A DNA stretch of 10,447 nt from positions 1 through 10,447 of the forward strand of contig NZ_SNUY01000078.1 in the NCBI RefSeq assembly GCF_004376175.1, given 5' to 3'. The position numbers were made by a program, and so were the translations under genes. Shown in pieces: positions 1 through 7,018 of this stretch. Origin of the DNA: Halalkalibacterium halodurans. GTDB lineage: Bacteria > Bacillota > Bacilli > Bacillales > Bacillaceae_D. The stretch's first letter is position 1. Every line of letters starts with the position of its first letter. The notes under the pieces were generated by a model, which was given only the letters and a program-made list of their open reading frames with translations, did not search any database and was not told where the DNA came from.

Positions 1-104
1 CGCCCTTGATTGACCTCTGAATAAACCATTGGTGTGTTTGTCAAGAGCGATAGCGTGGCATTTCCACCTAATAAATGGTAGGTAGTATGAACCGTGCTAG
101 TTTT

Positions 105-428
105 TCATAGAACTTTTGACACTACCTCATCATTCATGATATTTTCGACCATATGAACATCTATCGCAGAATATTTAATACGGTTTTTTTGAATGGCATA
201 AAACAAAGTGTGATACATCTTACGTTTTGGATTACTTCGAGATGGCATTAATAAGAAAATGCTAACTCCCATACCAAAAACATAATAGGGAATGGTTAAC
301 GAAGAGTGAACCATTCCCTTAGATAGATAAAGAAAAAAAGCAGTTAGTAATAGAATGACAATCTCTTTAAGATGAAATGACTTGGTTATCTTTATCTCAC
401 TTTTAAAGTGTTTCGGAATTTCATACAA
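105..428 (-). CDS. Small two-TM T4SS membrane protein, PrgI/ConD/TcpE-type (VirB3-like), 107 aa
   Basis: Track ORF. The start is TTG (426-428), with a GGGAGGAAGG SD about 8 nt upstream. It lies 1 nt after the TAG stop (430-432) of the upstream gene, so the two are translationally coupled. An N-terminal IPKHFKSEIKITKSFHLKEIV segment is followed by two adjacent hydrophobic helices and a basic tail (RSNPKRKMYHTLFYAIQKNRIKY), which is the PrgI-family/VirB3-like layout. It sits directly after a VirB6-like gene. The family call is from recalled pattern only. Confidence 0.75.
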   Translation of the reverse strand: MYEIPKHFKSEIKITKSFHLKEIVILLLTAFFLYLSKGMVHSSLTIPYYVFGMGVSIFLLMPSRSNPKRKMYHTLFYAIQKNRIKYSAIDVHMVENIMNDEVVSKVL

Positions 429-429
429 G

Positions 430-2640
430 CTACCTTCCTCCCTTTCTCCAATCTCTTATTGTTCTTCCGATTCGATACCCTGTATTGTAACCTTTTACAT
501 GCTCTTCCTTGGCTTTCATAACTACTCTATTTTGCCCCCAAATAGTATTTGGGTGTTGGGCTGTTTTAAACCCTGTTTCCTTTGTAGTATCGTATGTGGT
601 TTCTTGATATTTTTCATTAGGTGCAGTACTTTCTCCACTCGGAACTGGCGCTGTACCTTGTACGCTTTCACTTGAAATTGGTGCAGTACTTTCTCCACTC
701 GGAACTGGCGCTGTATCTTGTACGCTTTCACTTGAAATTGGTGCAGTACTTTCTCCACTCGGAACTGGCGCTGTACCTTGTACGCTTTCACTTGAAATTG
801 GTGCAGTACTTTCTCCACTCGGAACTGGCGCTGTATCTTGTACGCTTTCACTTGAAATTGGTGCAGTACTTTCTCCACTCGGAACTGGCGCTGTACCTTG
901 TACGCTTTCACTTGAAATTGGTGCAGTACTTTCTCCACTCGGAACTGGCGCTGTACCTTGTACGCTTTCACTTGAAATTGGTGCAGTACTTTCTCCACTC
1001 GGAACTGGCGCTGTATCTTGTACGCTTTCACTTGAAATTGGTGCAGTACTTTCTCCACTCGGAACTGGCGCTGTATCTTGTACACTTTCGCTTGAAATTG
1101 GTGCAGTACTTTCTCCACTCGGAACTGGCGCTGTACCCTGACCAGCCTGTGCATTCAGATTCTGACCTTTCATGCCTTGATCAGCTTGTGCATTTGGATT
1201 CTGACCTTTCATGCCTTGATCAGCCTGTGCATTTGGATTCTGACCTTTCATGCCTTGACCAGCCTGTGCATTTGGATTCTGACCTTTCATGCCTTGACCA
1301 GCCTGTGCATTTGGATTCTGACCTTTCATGCCTTGACCAGCCTGTGCATTTGGATTCTGACCACTTGGGATTTTGTTATTCGCTTGATTACGTCTCGATT
1401 GAGATAAAGCGCCATTGTCTTTTTTTGCCCCATTAGTAGCTTGTATACCTGCCTTTAATCCCCCTGCTAAACCTACACCTTGATTGAATTTAGAGAAGCT
1501 TTCACTTACGAGTTTGCCCCCTACCTTTGATGTCACGTTTGATACAGCTTTACTAGCCATCACTAATCCTACACCTGTCCGCCAACTATCTTTTAATCCT
1601 GCGTCTACTCCTAGTATTCTTTCGACTAAGTGTGGACCATCAATAAGAGCAAGGCTAGCCGCTAATAATAGTAACGAGCTTCCAAACGACCCCAAAGACG
1701 ATTGACCACTTAGCCAGTTTGAAAAAAGCACATAGAATTTAAGAGACACTGCAAGAAAAAAGATAACCGCAAAATTGGAAATTATATCATTAATAATTTG
1801 TTTGATTCGCTGTCCTCCTGATAAATCTGTGACAGCTATAAATAAGCCAAACAGCTTTTTAAATGCTAACTCAAATATAATTCGTCCAACTTTTAAAACA
1901 GCTATAATTAACGTAATTCCAATCACAGATAAGCTAAAAATCGTATTCCACCAAGCTACATGCCAACGGTAGTAAAGTTCTTTACCAATACCAAACCATC
2001 CGTTGCCAAGTGGCTCTTCTCTAAAATTACCATTTGTGTCCATAACCAATTTGCTTTTTAAGTAATCATTATTTATATCATCACTGTCGGGATCTATCAA
2101 TTCATTAATATCTATATACGTTATTCGACTAACCGGAAGATCATTTACAAGTCCTTTTTCCGGTATTCTCACATTAAAATCCTTTTTTGCATAAAGGTAT
2201 ACATCAGCAATATTACCTTTAATAAGTTGTTCAGCATTTGTGCCAGCGCTAGTATCACCTATGGCTTTGACCCCTGCTGTTGTTATATTGTCTAAATTAG
2301 ACAATAGCAGGGGCAATGCAATAATAAACAAGAAAGCCAATAAAACATTAGTCACAACTCTTTCCCGATCTTGCATTTTCCCTGCCATAAACTTATATCC
2401 TATCCACACCAGTGATATTGCAACAAGTACCCATAATACCGGCGACCATTGTTTTATAAAGTTATTTACAGGTGCTGAGTTGAAAAATCCATTCATAGTC
2501 AATACTGTATCCGTCATACCTTCTACTTGGTTGACTAGCCACATAAGCCCTAAAATGAGCCACCAGCCTAACTCTCGAAGGGATGAACTAAGTATATTAG
2601 CAATGTTCAAAATCGAATCATATTGTTCTAAAACGTCCAA
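430..2640 (-). CDS. VirB6-like polytopic T4SS channel protein (ConG/TcpH/PrgH class) with a long repetitive C-terminal tail, 736 aa
   Basis: Track ORF. TTG start at 2638-2640, with a GGGGGAGA SD about 5 nt upstream, 11 nt after the stop of the upstream gene. Residues 1-340 contain about 7 hydrophobic helices, with a ~115-aa hydrophilic loop after the third helix (VirB6-type topology). The segment LIDGPHLVERILGVDAGLKDSWR after the last helix resembles Gram-positive VirB6 analogues. The C-terminal ~330 aa carry GQNPNAQAGQGMK x5.7 and TAPVPSGESTAPISSESVQ[G/D] x8.7 repeats, followed by a basic 60-aa end. Confidence 0.85.
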   Translation of the reverse strand: MDVLEQYDSILNIANILSSSLRELGWWLILGLMWLVNQVEGMTDTVLTMNGFFNSAPVNNFIKQWSPVLWVLVAISLVWIGYKFMAGKMQDRERVVTNVLLAFLFIIALPLLLSNLDNITTAGVKAIGDTSAGTNAEQLIKGNIADVYLYAKKDFNVRIPEKGLVNDLPVSRITYIDINELIDPDSDDINNDYLKSKLVMDTNGNFREEPLGNGWFGIGKELYYRWHVAWWNTIFSLSVIGITLIIAVLKVGRIIFELAFKKLFGLFIAVTDLSGGQRIKQIINDIISNFAVIFFLAVSLKFYVLFSNWLSGQSSLGSFGSSLLLLAASLALIDGPHLVERILGVDAGLKDSWRTGVGLVMASKAVSNVTSKVGGKLVSESFSKFNQGVGLAGGLKAGIQATNGAKKDNGALSQSRRNQANNKIPSGQNPNAQAGQGMKGQNPNAQAGQGMKGQNPNAQAGQGMKGQNPNAQADQGMKGQNPNAQADQGMKGQNLNAQAGQGTAPVPSGESTAPISSESVQDTAPVPSGESTAPISSESVQDTAPVPSGESTAPISSESVQGTAPVPSGESTAPISSESVQGTAPVPSGESTAPISSESVQDTAPVPSGESTAPISSESVQGTAPVPSGESTAPISSESVQDTAPVPSGESTAPISSESVQGTAPVPSGESTAPNEKYQETTYDTTKETGFKTAQHPNTIWGQNRVVMKAKEEHVKGYNTGYRIGRTIRDWRKGGR
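621..1140. repeat. 60-bp perfect-phase tandem repeat, about 8.7 copies, inside the VirB6-like CDS
   Basis: The unit gtgcagtactttctccactcggaactggcgctgta[c/t]cttgtacgctttcacttgaaattg starts at 621, 681, 741, 801, 861, 921, 981, 1041 and 1101 (the last is partial). One site toggles c/t (656+60n: c,t,c,t,c,c,t,t,c), giving Gly/Asp on the minus strand. The only other changes are two synonymous Ser-codon swaps at 1084 and 1090 and one synonymous Gln change at 1138. Confidence 0.97.
1141..1362. repeat. 39-bp tandem repeat, about 5.7 copies, inside the VirB6-like CDS
   Basis: The unit a[c/t]cagc[c/t]tgtgcatt[t/c][g/a]gattctgacctttcatgccttg starts at 1141, 1180, 1219, 1258, 1297 and 1336 (the last is partial, ending at 1362). 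It encodes GQNPNAQA[G/D]QGMK on the minus strand. The length is a multiple of 3, so copy-number change keeps the reading frame. Confidence 0.97.
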
Positions 2641-2651
2641 AAAATCTCCCC

Positions 2652-3389
2652 CTATAAGGTCACTGAAATATCATGCTTTGCTTTTTGCAAATACAAGAAA
2701 TTAAATAACAAAAATAAGTAAAAGACTGTAAAAATAACTAAAGTAATAGGGGAATTAAGAAAGTCAGCATATAGCTTACTAGCAAAGAGCGATAAAAGAA
2801 TAGGAACCGCAAATACAATACCTGTCATAAAATAAACTCTGTTCGCACTATATTTTTTCTCTCTCTGCAATTCATCCCTTTTAGTTGTCTCGAAGTTAAT
2901 TAATTTGCTAGTAGGACTGAAAAGATCTGTTACAGATCCCCCCATTTGATACTTAATCTCTAATATTTGATGGAAGGCATTTAGCGATACAAAATTATAT
3001 TTTTCAAAATGAGCTACATCGAGTACACCTTCTTGTTTGAGCGTTTTTATAGTCTTGTCTATATCCTTTTTCAATAAATCACTAGCCGATTCTTTAGCTC
3101 CTTCTAAGGCAAAAAGAACGTTTTTGCCTGTCTTTAAATAAAAAACAACATTTGAAACATACTTACTTAACTCACTAAAAATCCTCTGTTCTTTCTTTAA
3201 CTGCCTCCCCAACAATGAAATGCTATAGAAGCAAAGCAAAGACCCAACAAGCCCTAACAAAACGCTTAATACAACATGTTTGCTGATCATGTAGATGTAA
3301 AGAAAGTTGATACTAAAATAAAGGAGTAAATGGAGCAATACCACCCAACCAGAAAACAATTCTTTTGTTAAACCCCATACATCTTTCAT
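2652..3389 (-). CDS. Polytopic membrane protein with T2SSF (GspF/TadB/TadC)-like organisation, 245 aa
   Basis: Track ORF. ATG at 3387-3389, with an AGGAGG SD 8 nt upstream. Two N-terminal TM helices, a ~115-aa helical cytoplasmic segment, then two C-terminal TM helices. The central region follows the platform-protein pattern: SELSKYVSNVVFYLKTGKNVLFALEGA ... NAFHQILEIKYQMGGSVTDLFSPTSKLINFETTKRDELQREKKYSANRVYFMTGIVFAVPIL. The CDS is confident; the family assignment is moderate to low. Confidence 0.8.
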   Translation of the reverse strand: MKDVWGLTKELFSGWVVLLHLLLYFSINFLYIYMISKHVVLSVLLGLVGSLLCFYSISLLGRQLKKEQRIFSELSKYVSNVVFYLKTGKNVLFALEGAKESASDLLKKDIDKTIKTLKQEGVLDVAHFEKYNFVSLNAFHQILEIKYQMGGSVTDLFSPTSKLINFETTKRDELQREKKYSANRVYFMTGIVFAVPILLSLFASKLYADFLNSPITLVIFTVFYLFLLFNFLYLQKAKHDISVTL

Positions 3390-3415
3390 TTTTTTAACCT
3401 CCTGTTTTGATTAAT

Positions 3416-3450
3416 AAAAAAAGGCTTACAAGTCCAATCACTTGTAAGCC
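3416..3450 (-). terminator. Rho-independent terminator downstream of the primase gene
   Basis: On the minus strand: GGCTTACAAGT-gattgg-ACTTGTAAGCC (perfect 11-bp stem at 3423-3433/3440-3450, 6-nt loop) followed directly by TTTTTTT (3416-3422). The plus-strand reading has no T-tract, so it is unidirectional. Confidence 0.85.
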
Positions 3451-3470
3451 CCGAAAAAATCCCTAATAAC

Positions 3471-3499
3471 AATATAGCACGCTTTGAGTACCTTGTTAG
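3471..3499 (-). promoter_or_regulatory. Candidate sigma-A type promoter (extended -10) in the primase/245-aa intergenic region
   Basis: On the minus strand: CTAACA (3494-3499, 4/6 to TTGACA), a 17-nt spacer ending in TGC, then TATATT (3471-3476, 5/6 to TATAAT). That gives a TGnTATATT extended -10. It is only a sequence match, and the spacer also contains a 5-bp inverted repeat AGTAC...GTACT. Confidence 0.3.
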
Positions 3500-3526
3500 T
3501 ACTTAAATAGTTCATAAAAAGTTCGT

Positions 3527-5134
3527 TTAACCAACTTCCTTTTGAGATTCTTTTTCTTTGTTTTTAGTTTTTAATGGCTTTGTTAAATCTAAAATCTTGT
3601 TAGAAAAATCCTTAGAAGTCTTAACAAAGCTATTTATTTTATCACCCTTAAAATAGTACGGTGTTGATACATAATCTTTTCCTTTACTCTTACCTGTTAC
3701 AATTCCATTTACAATTAAATTACGATAACCAATATTAACAGATATATTACCGTTAGAGAAAGTATGTGAATGAATGATTTTAGGATCAAACTTCCCCCCC
3801 CCTGAACTAATATTAATCCCTACATTCTTAACTGTATTTTTTTCCTTAACCTGATGTTTAAGCTCATAGTAACTTTTAATCAACGCCCCTTCTATCATTC
3901 GTTTATCAAGGCTTTCTTCAAATCTATACACATCCCTCCATACACTATCAGTCCCCTTTTTTTGTGGATAATTAATCATAGGTGAACCTTTATATTCCTC
4001 TATTACAATATTATTGAGAGTTATCTCACCGTACTTCACACATGCAAGGGAAATTCCTTTATCTTGCAAAAAGGTCATATTAACAATCTTAACTTTATAA
4101 TCATTTGATTGCTCTGTTTTGTCATTCATTTTCTCACCCTCCTCTTTTTTCAAATCTATGTCTAAGGTTCTTAAAGTTAGCTCTATTTGTCGCTCAAAAA
4201 GTAAGCGGTTGCTTTGGAGTAAGTCATTAGGATCTTTTAGATCCATATCTGGATAAATAAATCCTTTATGAAACAACTTCTCTTCATCCAAAACGTGTGC
4301 TATTTTTTTATCTGCTTCTTTTCCTGCTCTATCATTGTCAAAAGCTCTAATAATCTTTTTCCCCTTAAACTTATCAGGGTTTTCTTTTATAAATGTTTCA
4401 AGCTGTTTTATTTTATTTGAACCTGTAGTCATTAATAAACCCATTTTCGGATCTATTTCTCGGAATGATAGTCCGTCTATAATACTTTCACTAATAACAA
4501 CAGTTTCAGCATTATCCGGTATATCTTCGACAAAATATCTTGCTTTCTCTGTTGGATTTAAAAATAACTGGATTTCTTTCTTCTTTAGACTAGGATCAGA
4601 CGACCTTAATAACAACGAGTCAATTGATCCTTCATGATTGTAAATAGGAAAAACAATATTCCTCTTTGTCATAAAGTCCATTTTCGCATAGTCTTTTTTG
4701 ATTAGGTCAGGGATTTTCGAGAACATAAGTGATACAATCTTAGGATCTTTTAGATCCAAAATGAAAGGTTTCGTAACTTCTCGATTTATCCCCCGATAAT
4801 TTTCTAATTCTTGATTTACAACATGTTTACTCATGAATTTAAAAAAATTAGTACACCAGTCGATTTGCTCTTTTTGTTTTAAAGAGATACTTTTAGGTTT
4901 TTCGTTTTTCTTTAAGTTCAGATTACCTTTTAGTTTTTCATTTAGTTTAATATGCCAACGTTCACCGCAATTATTTTGCCTATTGCACTGTAACACATTA
5001 AGATTATCTTTATACATAAATGCTTCTGGCTGATTACAAGATGGACAAGTACATAAAAAATAACGCCCCTGTGGTTGAGCGTTTAAAGATTCCAACATAT
5101 CATCAATATTCCTAAACTCTAATTGATTCACCAT
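3527..5134 (-). CDS. Plasmid/ICE-type DNA primase: N-terminal Cys-rich zinc ribbon + Toprim domain + C-terminal tandem SpoVG-like domains, 535 aa
   Basis: Track ORF. ATG at 5132-5134, with a GAGGT SD 7 nt upstream. Cys cluster C28-x-C30-x2-C33 ... C50-x5-C56. Toprim signature: acidic Glu in VVISESIIDGLSF (E216) and DxD in IIRAFDNDRAGKEAD (D266/D268). Residues ~346-425 and ~436-517 each resemble SpoVG (see findings). Confidence 0.85.
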   Translation of the reverse strand: MVNQLEFRNIDDMLESLNAQPQGRYFLCTCPSCNQPEAFMYKDNLNVLQCNRQNNCGERWHIKLNEKLKGNLNLKKNEKPKSISLKQKEQIDWCTNFFKFMSKHVVNQELENYRGINREVTKPFILDLKDPKIVSLMFSKIPDLIKKDYAKMDFMTKRNIVFPIYNHEGSIDSLLLRSSDPSLKKKEIQLFLNPTEKARYFVEDIPDNAETVVISESIIDGLSFREIDPKMGLLMTTGSNKIKQLETFIKENPDKFKGKKIIRAFDNDRAGKEADKKIAHVLDEEKLFHKGFIYPDMDLKDPNDLLQSNRLLFERQIELTLRTLDIDLKKEEGEKMNDKTEQSNDYKVKIVNMTFLQDKGISLACVKYGEITLNNIVIEEYKGSPMINYPQKKGTDSVWRDVYRFEESLDKRMIEGALIKSYYELKHQVKEKNTVKNVGINISSGGGKFDPKIIHSHTFSNGNISVNIGYRNLIVNGIVTGKSKGKDYVSTPYYFKGDKINSFVKTSKDFSNKILDLTKPLKTKNKEKESQKEVG

Positions 5135-5148
5135 ATTGTTTACCTCAA

Positions 5149-5682
5149 CTATACAGACTCACTTAAATAACTGTGATCATTTGTAACCTCTCTGTGAGTA
5201 GATAAAACAATTGCTGGATAACTTAATTTTTCAATCTCTTTATCATCAAAAGTAAGTCCTTGAGAGCTTACCAATATCTTCTGTTTTTCTTTGATCCTAT
5301 AATAATGATCCGTCTTATTAATTTGTTGCTCAATTGCCTTTTCTAAATTTCTAGCTATGAGATAAATGATAGCTCCGTCTCCAAAGATACTCTTATTATC
5401 AAAATATTTTTGTAACTCCAGAGATCCCACTACAATGAAGTCATTATTTAAACATTCAGATAGAGCAACAACTTCCTCCATTTCTTCTTCTAAACCTTTT
5501 AATAAAGCAAAATCATTAAATTTATTAGAGTAATATATACAAGGAGTACATTGAGGACTACTTGTAAACAGAAGAATGATCTCCTGCCAAAACTGTTCCG
5601 CCATAGCATAGCATTTTTCTGCAATCCTATTTACAATTTTTTCATTTAAATATTGATTCTCATGTAATAACAAATTACTCAT
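5149..5682 (-). CDS. Hypothetical acidic cytoplasmic protein, 177 aa
   Basis: Track ORF. ATG at 5680-5682, with an AGGAGAG SD 6 nt upstream. It is 11 nt after the upstream stop and 14 nt before the primase start. No TM segment, no signal peptide and no motif I recognise. Confidence 0.8.
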   Translation of the reverse strand: MSNLLLHENQYLNEKIVNRIAEKCYAMAEQFWQEIILLFTSSPQCTPCIYYSNKFNDFALLKGLEEEMEEVVALSECLNNDFIVVGSLELQKYFDNKSIFGDGAIIYLIARNLEKAIEQQINKTDHYYRIKEKQKILVSSQGLTFDDKEIEKLSYPAIVLSTHREVTNDHSYLSESV

Positions 5683-5693
5683 AATTAACTCTC

Positions 5694-6950
5694 CTAACTT
5701 TTATTTTTTTCAAAAACCACTTTAGTAACATGACTGATATACTCAGTAACCGCCCAATACTTAAAATCCATGCCTTTATTAATGCTCGACTCATATAACA
5801 CTTTTTTTACCTCTTCTTGATCCAACGTTGCAACATACTCCATAATCTCACGTTCAAAACGCCCAAAGAATCCACATTCTATTAATTCCTCAATTTTTAA
5901 AGTTTCTTTTTTGTTCTGCAACCTTCTAATTAGTTTGCCATCTTGACAGATGTTTTTTACTAAGATTTCTGCTACATTATCGAATCCATGTTTTGAAAAT
6001 AAATTTAAAAGATCGTCTTCTGTTTGTCCGTTTGATTGACTTTCATTTTCCTCATTAATGTTAAAGACAATAATCGCTTCTTCTGACTTCTGATCCTTTT
6101 GTTCATTCTGTAAGTATCCAGATAATACTGGCAGTATAATATTATTTTTTATATCGTCCTCAGAGGAAATAACTATCCCCTTTTTAATAATTGAATACCA
6201 CCTGTTCTTCAATAAAGTTTCTATTTCTTTATTCTTTTTTAGCGCCAATACGTAGTCCTCTAAAGCTAGTTGCTCGAATAAATATCTTTGAACCTCTTCA
6301 TAAACTTCCGAATCTCTTAGGCATTTATCAAGTCTAGATAAAGGTAAACTGTAGCGACTTGCTACAGCATAATTCTGAAACATTGAAAAGTTTTCAACGT
6401 CATTTAGACTTTCCTGTGTTAATTCCTGTGTTAAGACTAGATCATCAAAAGAATACTTAATTGCTTTTGCAATATCATTAACTTCACTATAAAAACTACC
6501 TACTATTCGATCTCTAAAAAGATCATAGAGTTGCTTCAATTTTTCTAAACTAAAAGAAAAATCTTGATTAGAAAATTGTTCTTCGACTTCAATAGCAAAC
6601 AATTTAAAATTTTGATCCAAAAACAATTTCTTTTCTTTTGATAGAAAATCAGTAAAATCATTGATCACTTTATTTTTCGTAGCTTCATTCCAATTTGACG
6701 CATTTTTTATTATCAGATAAATCGATTCTTCCAAACTTCTATTATCATTAAAATCAATAAAAGCCTTTAACACTCTTTTATTTTTAATAAACAAAGTAAA
6801 GGACAGTTCAACATTATCCCTTCCATTTTTTCTAAATTCACCTTTAAGTTTTTTTAAGATTCCTTCTAATTCGCTAATAAAATATCGTCGCTTTGGATCT
6901 AAATCTCTAATGCTGTTATTAGCTTCAACAACTACATGTACTTCCCTCAT
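5694..6950 (-). CDS. Hypothetical acidic helical cytoplasmic protein, 418 aa from the preferred start
   Basis: The track ORF extends to a TTG at 6980, but that codon lies inside the upstream terminator T-tract. The ATG at 6948-6950 has an AAAGGGG SD 7 nt upstream and is preferred. There is no Walker A, metal-binding or nuclease motif that I can recognise, and no TM segments. Confidence 0.8.
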   Translation of the reverse strand: MREVHVVVEANNSIRDLDPKRRYFISELEGILKKLKGEFRKNGRDNVELSFTLFIKNKRVLKAFIDFNDNRSLEESIYLIIKNASNWNEATKNKVINDFTDFLSKEKKLFLDQNFKLFAIEVEEQFSNQDFSFSLEKLKQLYDLFRDRIVGSFYSEVNDIAKAIKYSFDDLVLTQELTQESLNDVENFSMFQNYAVASRYSLPLSRLDKCLRDSEVYEEVQRYLFEQLALEDYVLALKKNKEIETLLKNRWYSIIKKGIVISSEDDIKNNIILPVLSGYLQNEQKDQKSEEAIIVFNINEENESQSNGQTEDDLLNLFSKHGFDNVAEILVKNICQDGKLIRRLQNKKETLKIEELIECGFFGRFEREIMEYVATLDQEEVKKVLYESSINKGMDFKYWAVTEYISHVTKVVFEKNKS

Positions 6951-6978
6951 GTCAAAACCCCTTTTTAACAGTAAATAC

Positions 6979-7010
6979 AAAAAAAGATGGTGAGTTAATA
7001 ACTCACCATC
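6979..7010 (-). terminator. Rho-independent terminator downstream of the 75-aa gene
   Basis: On the minus strand: GATGGTGAGTT-att-AACTCACCATC (11-bp perfect inverted repeat at 6986-6996/7000-7010) followed by TTTTTTT (6979-6985). It starts 8 nt after the TAG stop at 7019-7021. Confidence 0.85.
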
Positions 7011-7018
7011 CTACATTT

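Noticed and set aside
1-104. Calling a partial VirB4-like CDS at the window edge
   Set aside because: Only about 34 codons are visible, no start has a usable SD, and the sequence is too short to recognise. It is reported as an observation rather than a feature.
621-1362. A possible CRISPR array, given regularly spaced identical ~40-60-bp units
   Set aside because: The units are directly abutting with no unique spacers. They are in frame within a CDS and have no palindromic repeat core, and no cas genes are nearby. This is a coding tandem repeat.
522-1436. Track ORFs 522-1154 (-), 621-1436 (+) and 1177-1407 (+), which have strikingly periodic translations
   Set aside because: They are alternative-frame or antisense readings of the 60-bp and 39-bp tandem repeats. 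A repeat unit with no stop in a given frame stays open for the whole array. They lie entirely inside the well-supported 736-aa minus-strand CDS, which alone has an SD, gene coupling and a non-repetitive membrane domain.
382-5033. Plus-strand track ORFs (382-675, 1484-1705, 1775-1972, 2240-2704, 4335-4637, 4833-5033)
   Set aside because: Each lies wholly or largely antisense to a longer minus-strand gene that has an SD and recognisable protein features. None has a convincing SD. Their translations are low-complexity, Leu/Phe/Ser/Cys-rich shadow sequences typical of AT-rich antisense frames.
6951-6980. TTG start at 6980 for the 428-aa track ORF
   Set aside because: The codon sits in the terminator T-tract of the upstream gene with no SD. 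The ATG at 6950 has an AAAGGGG SD 7 nt upstream.
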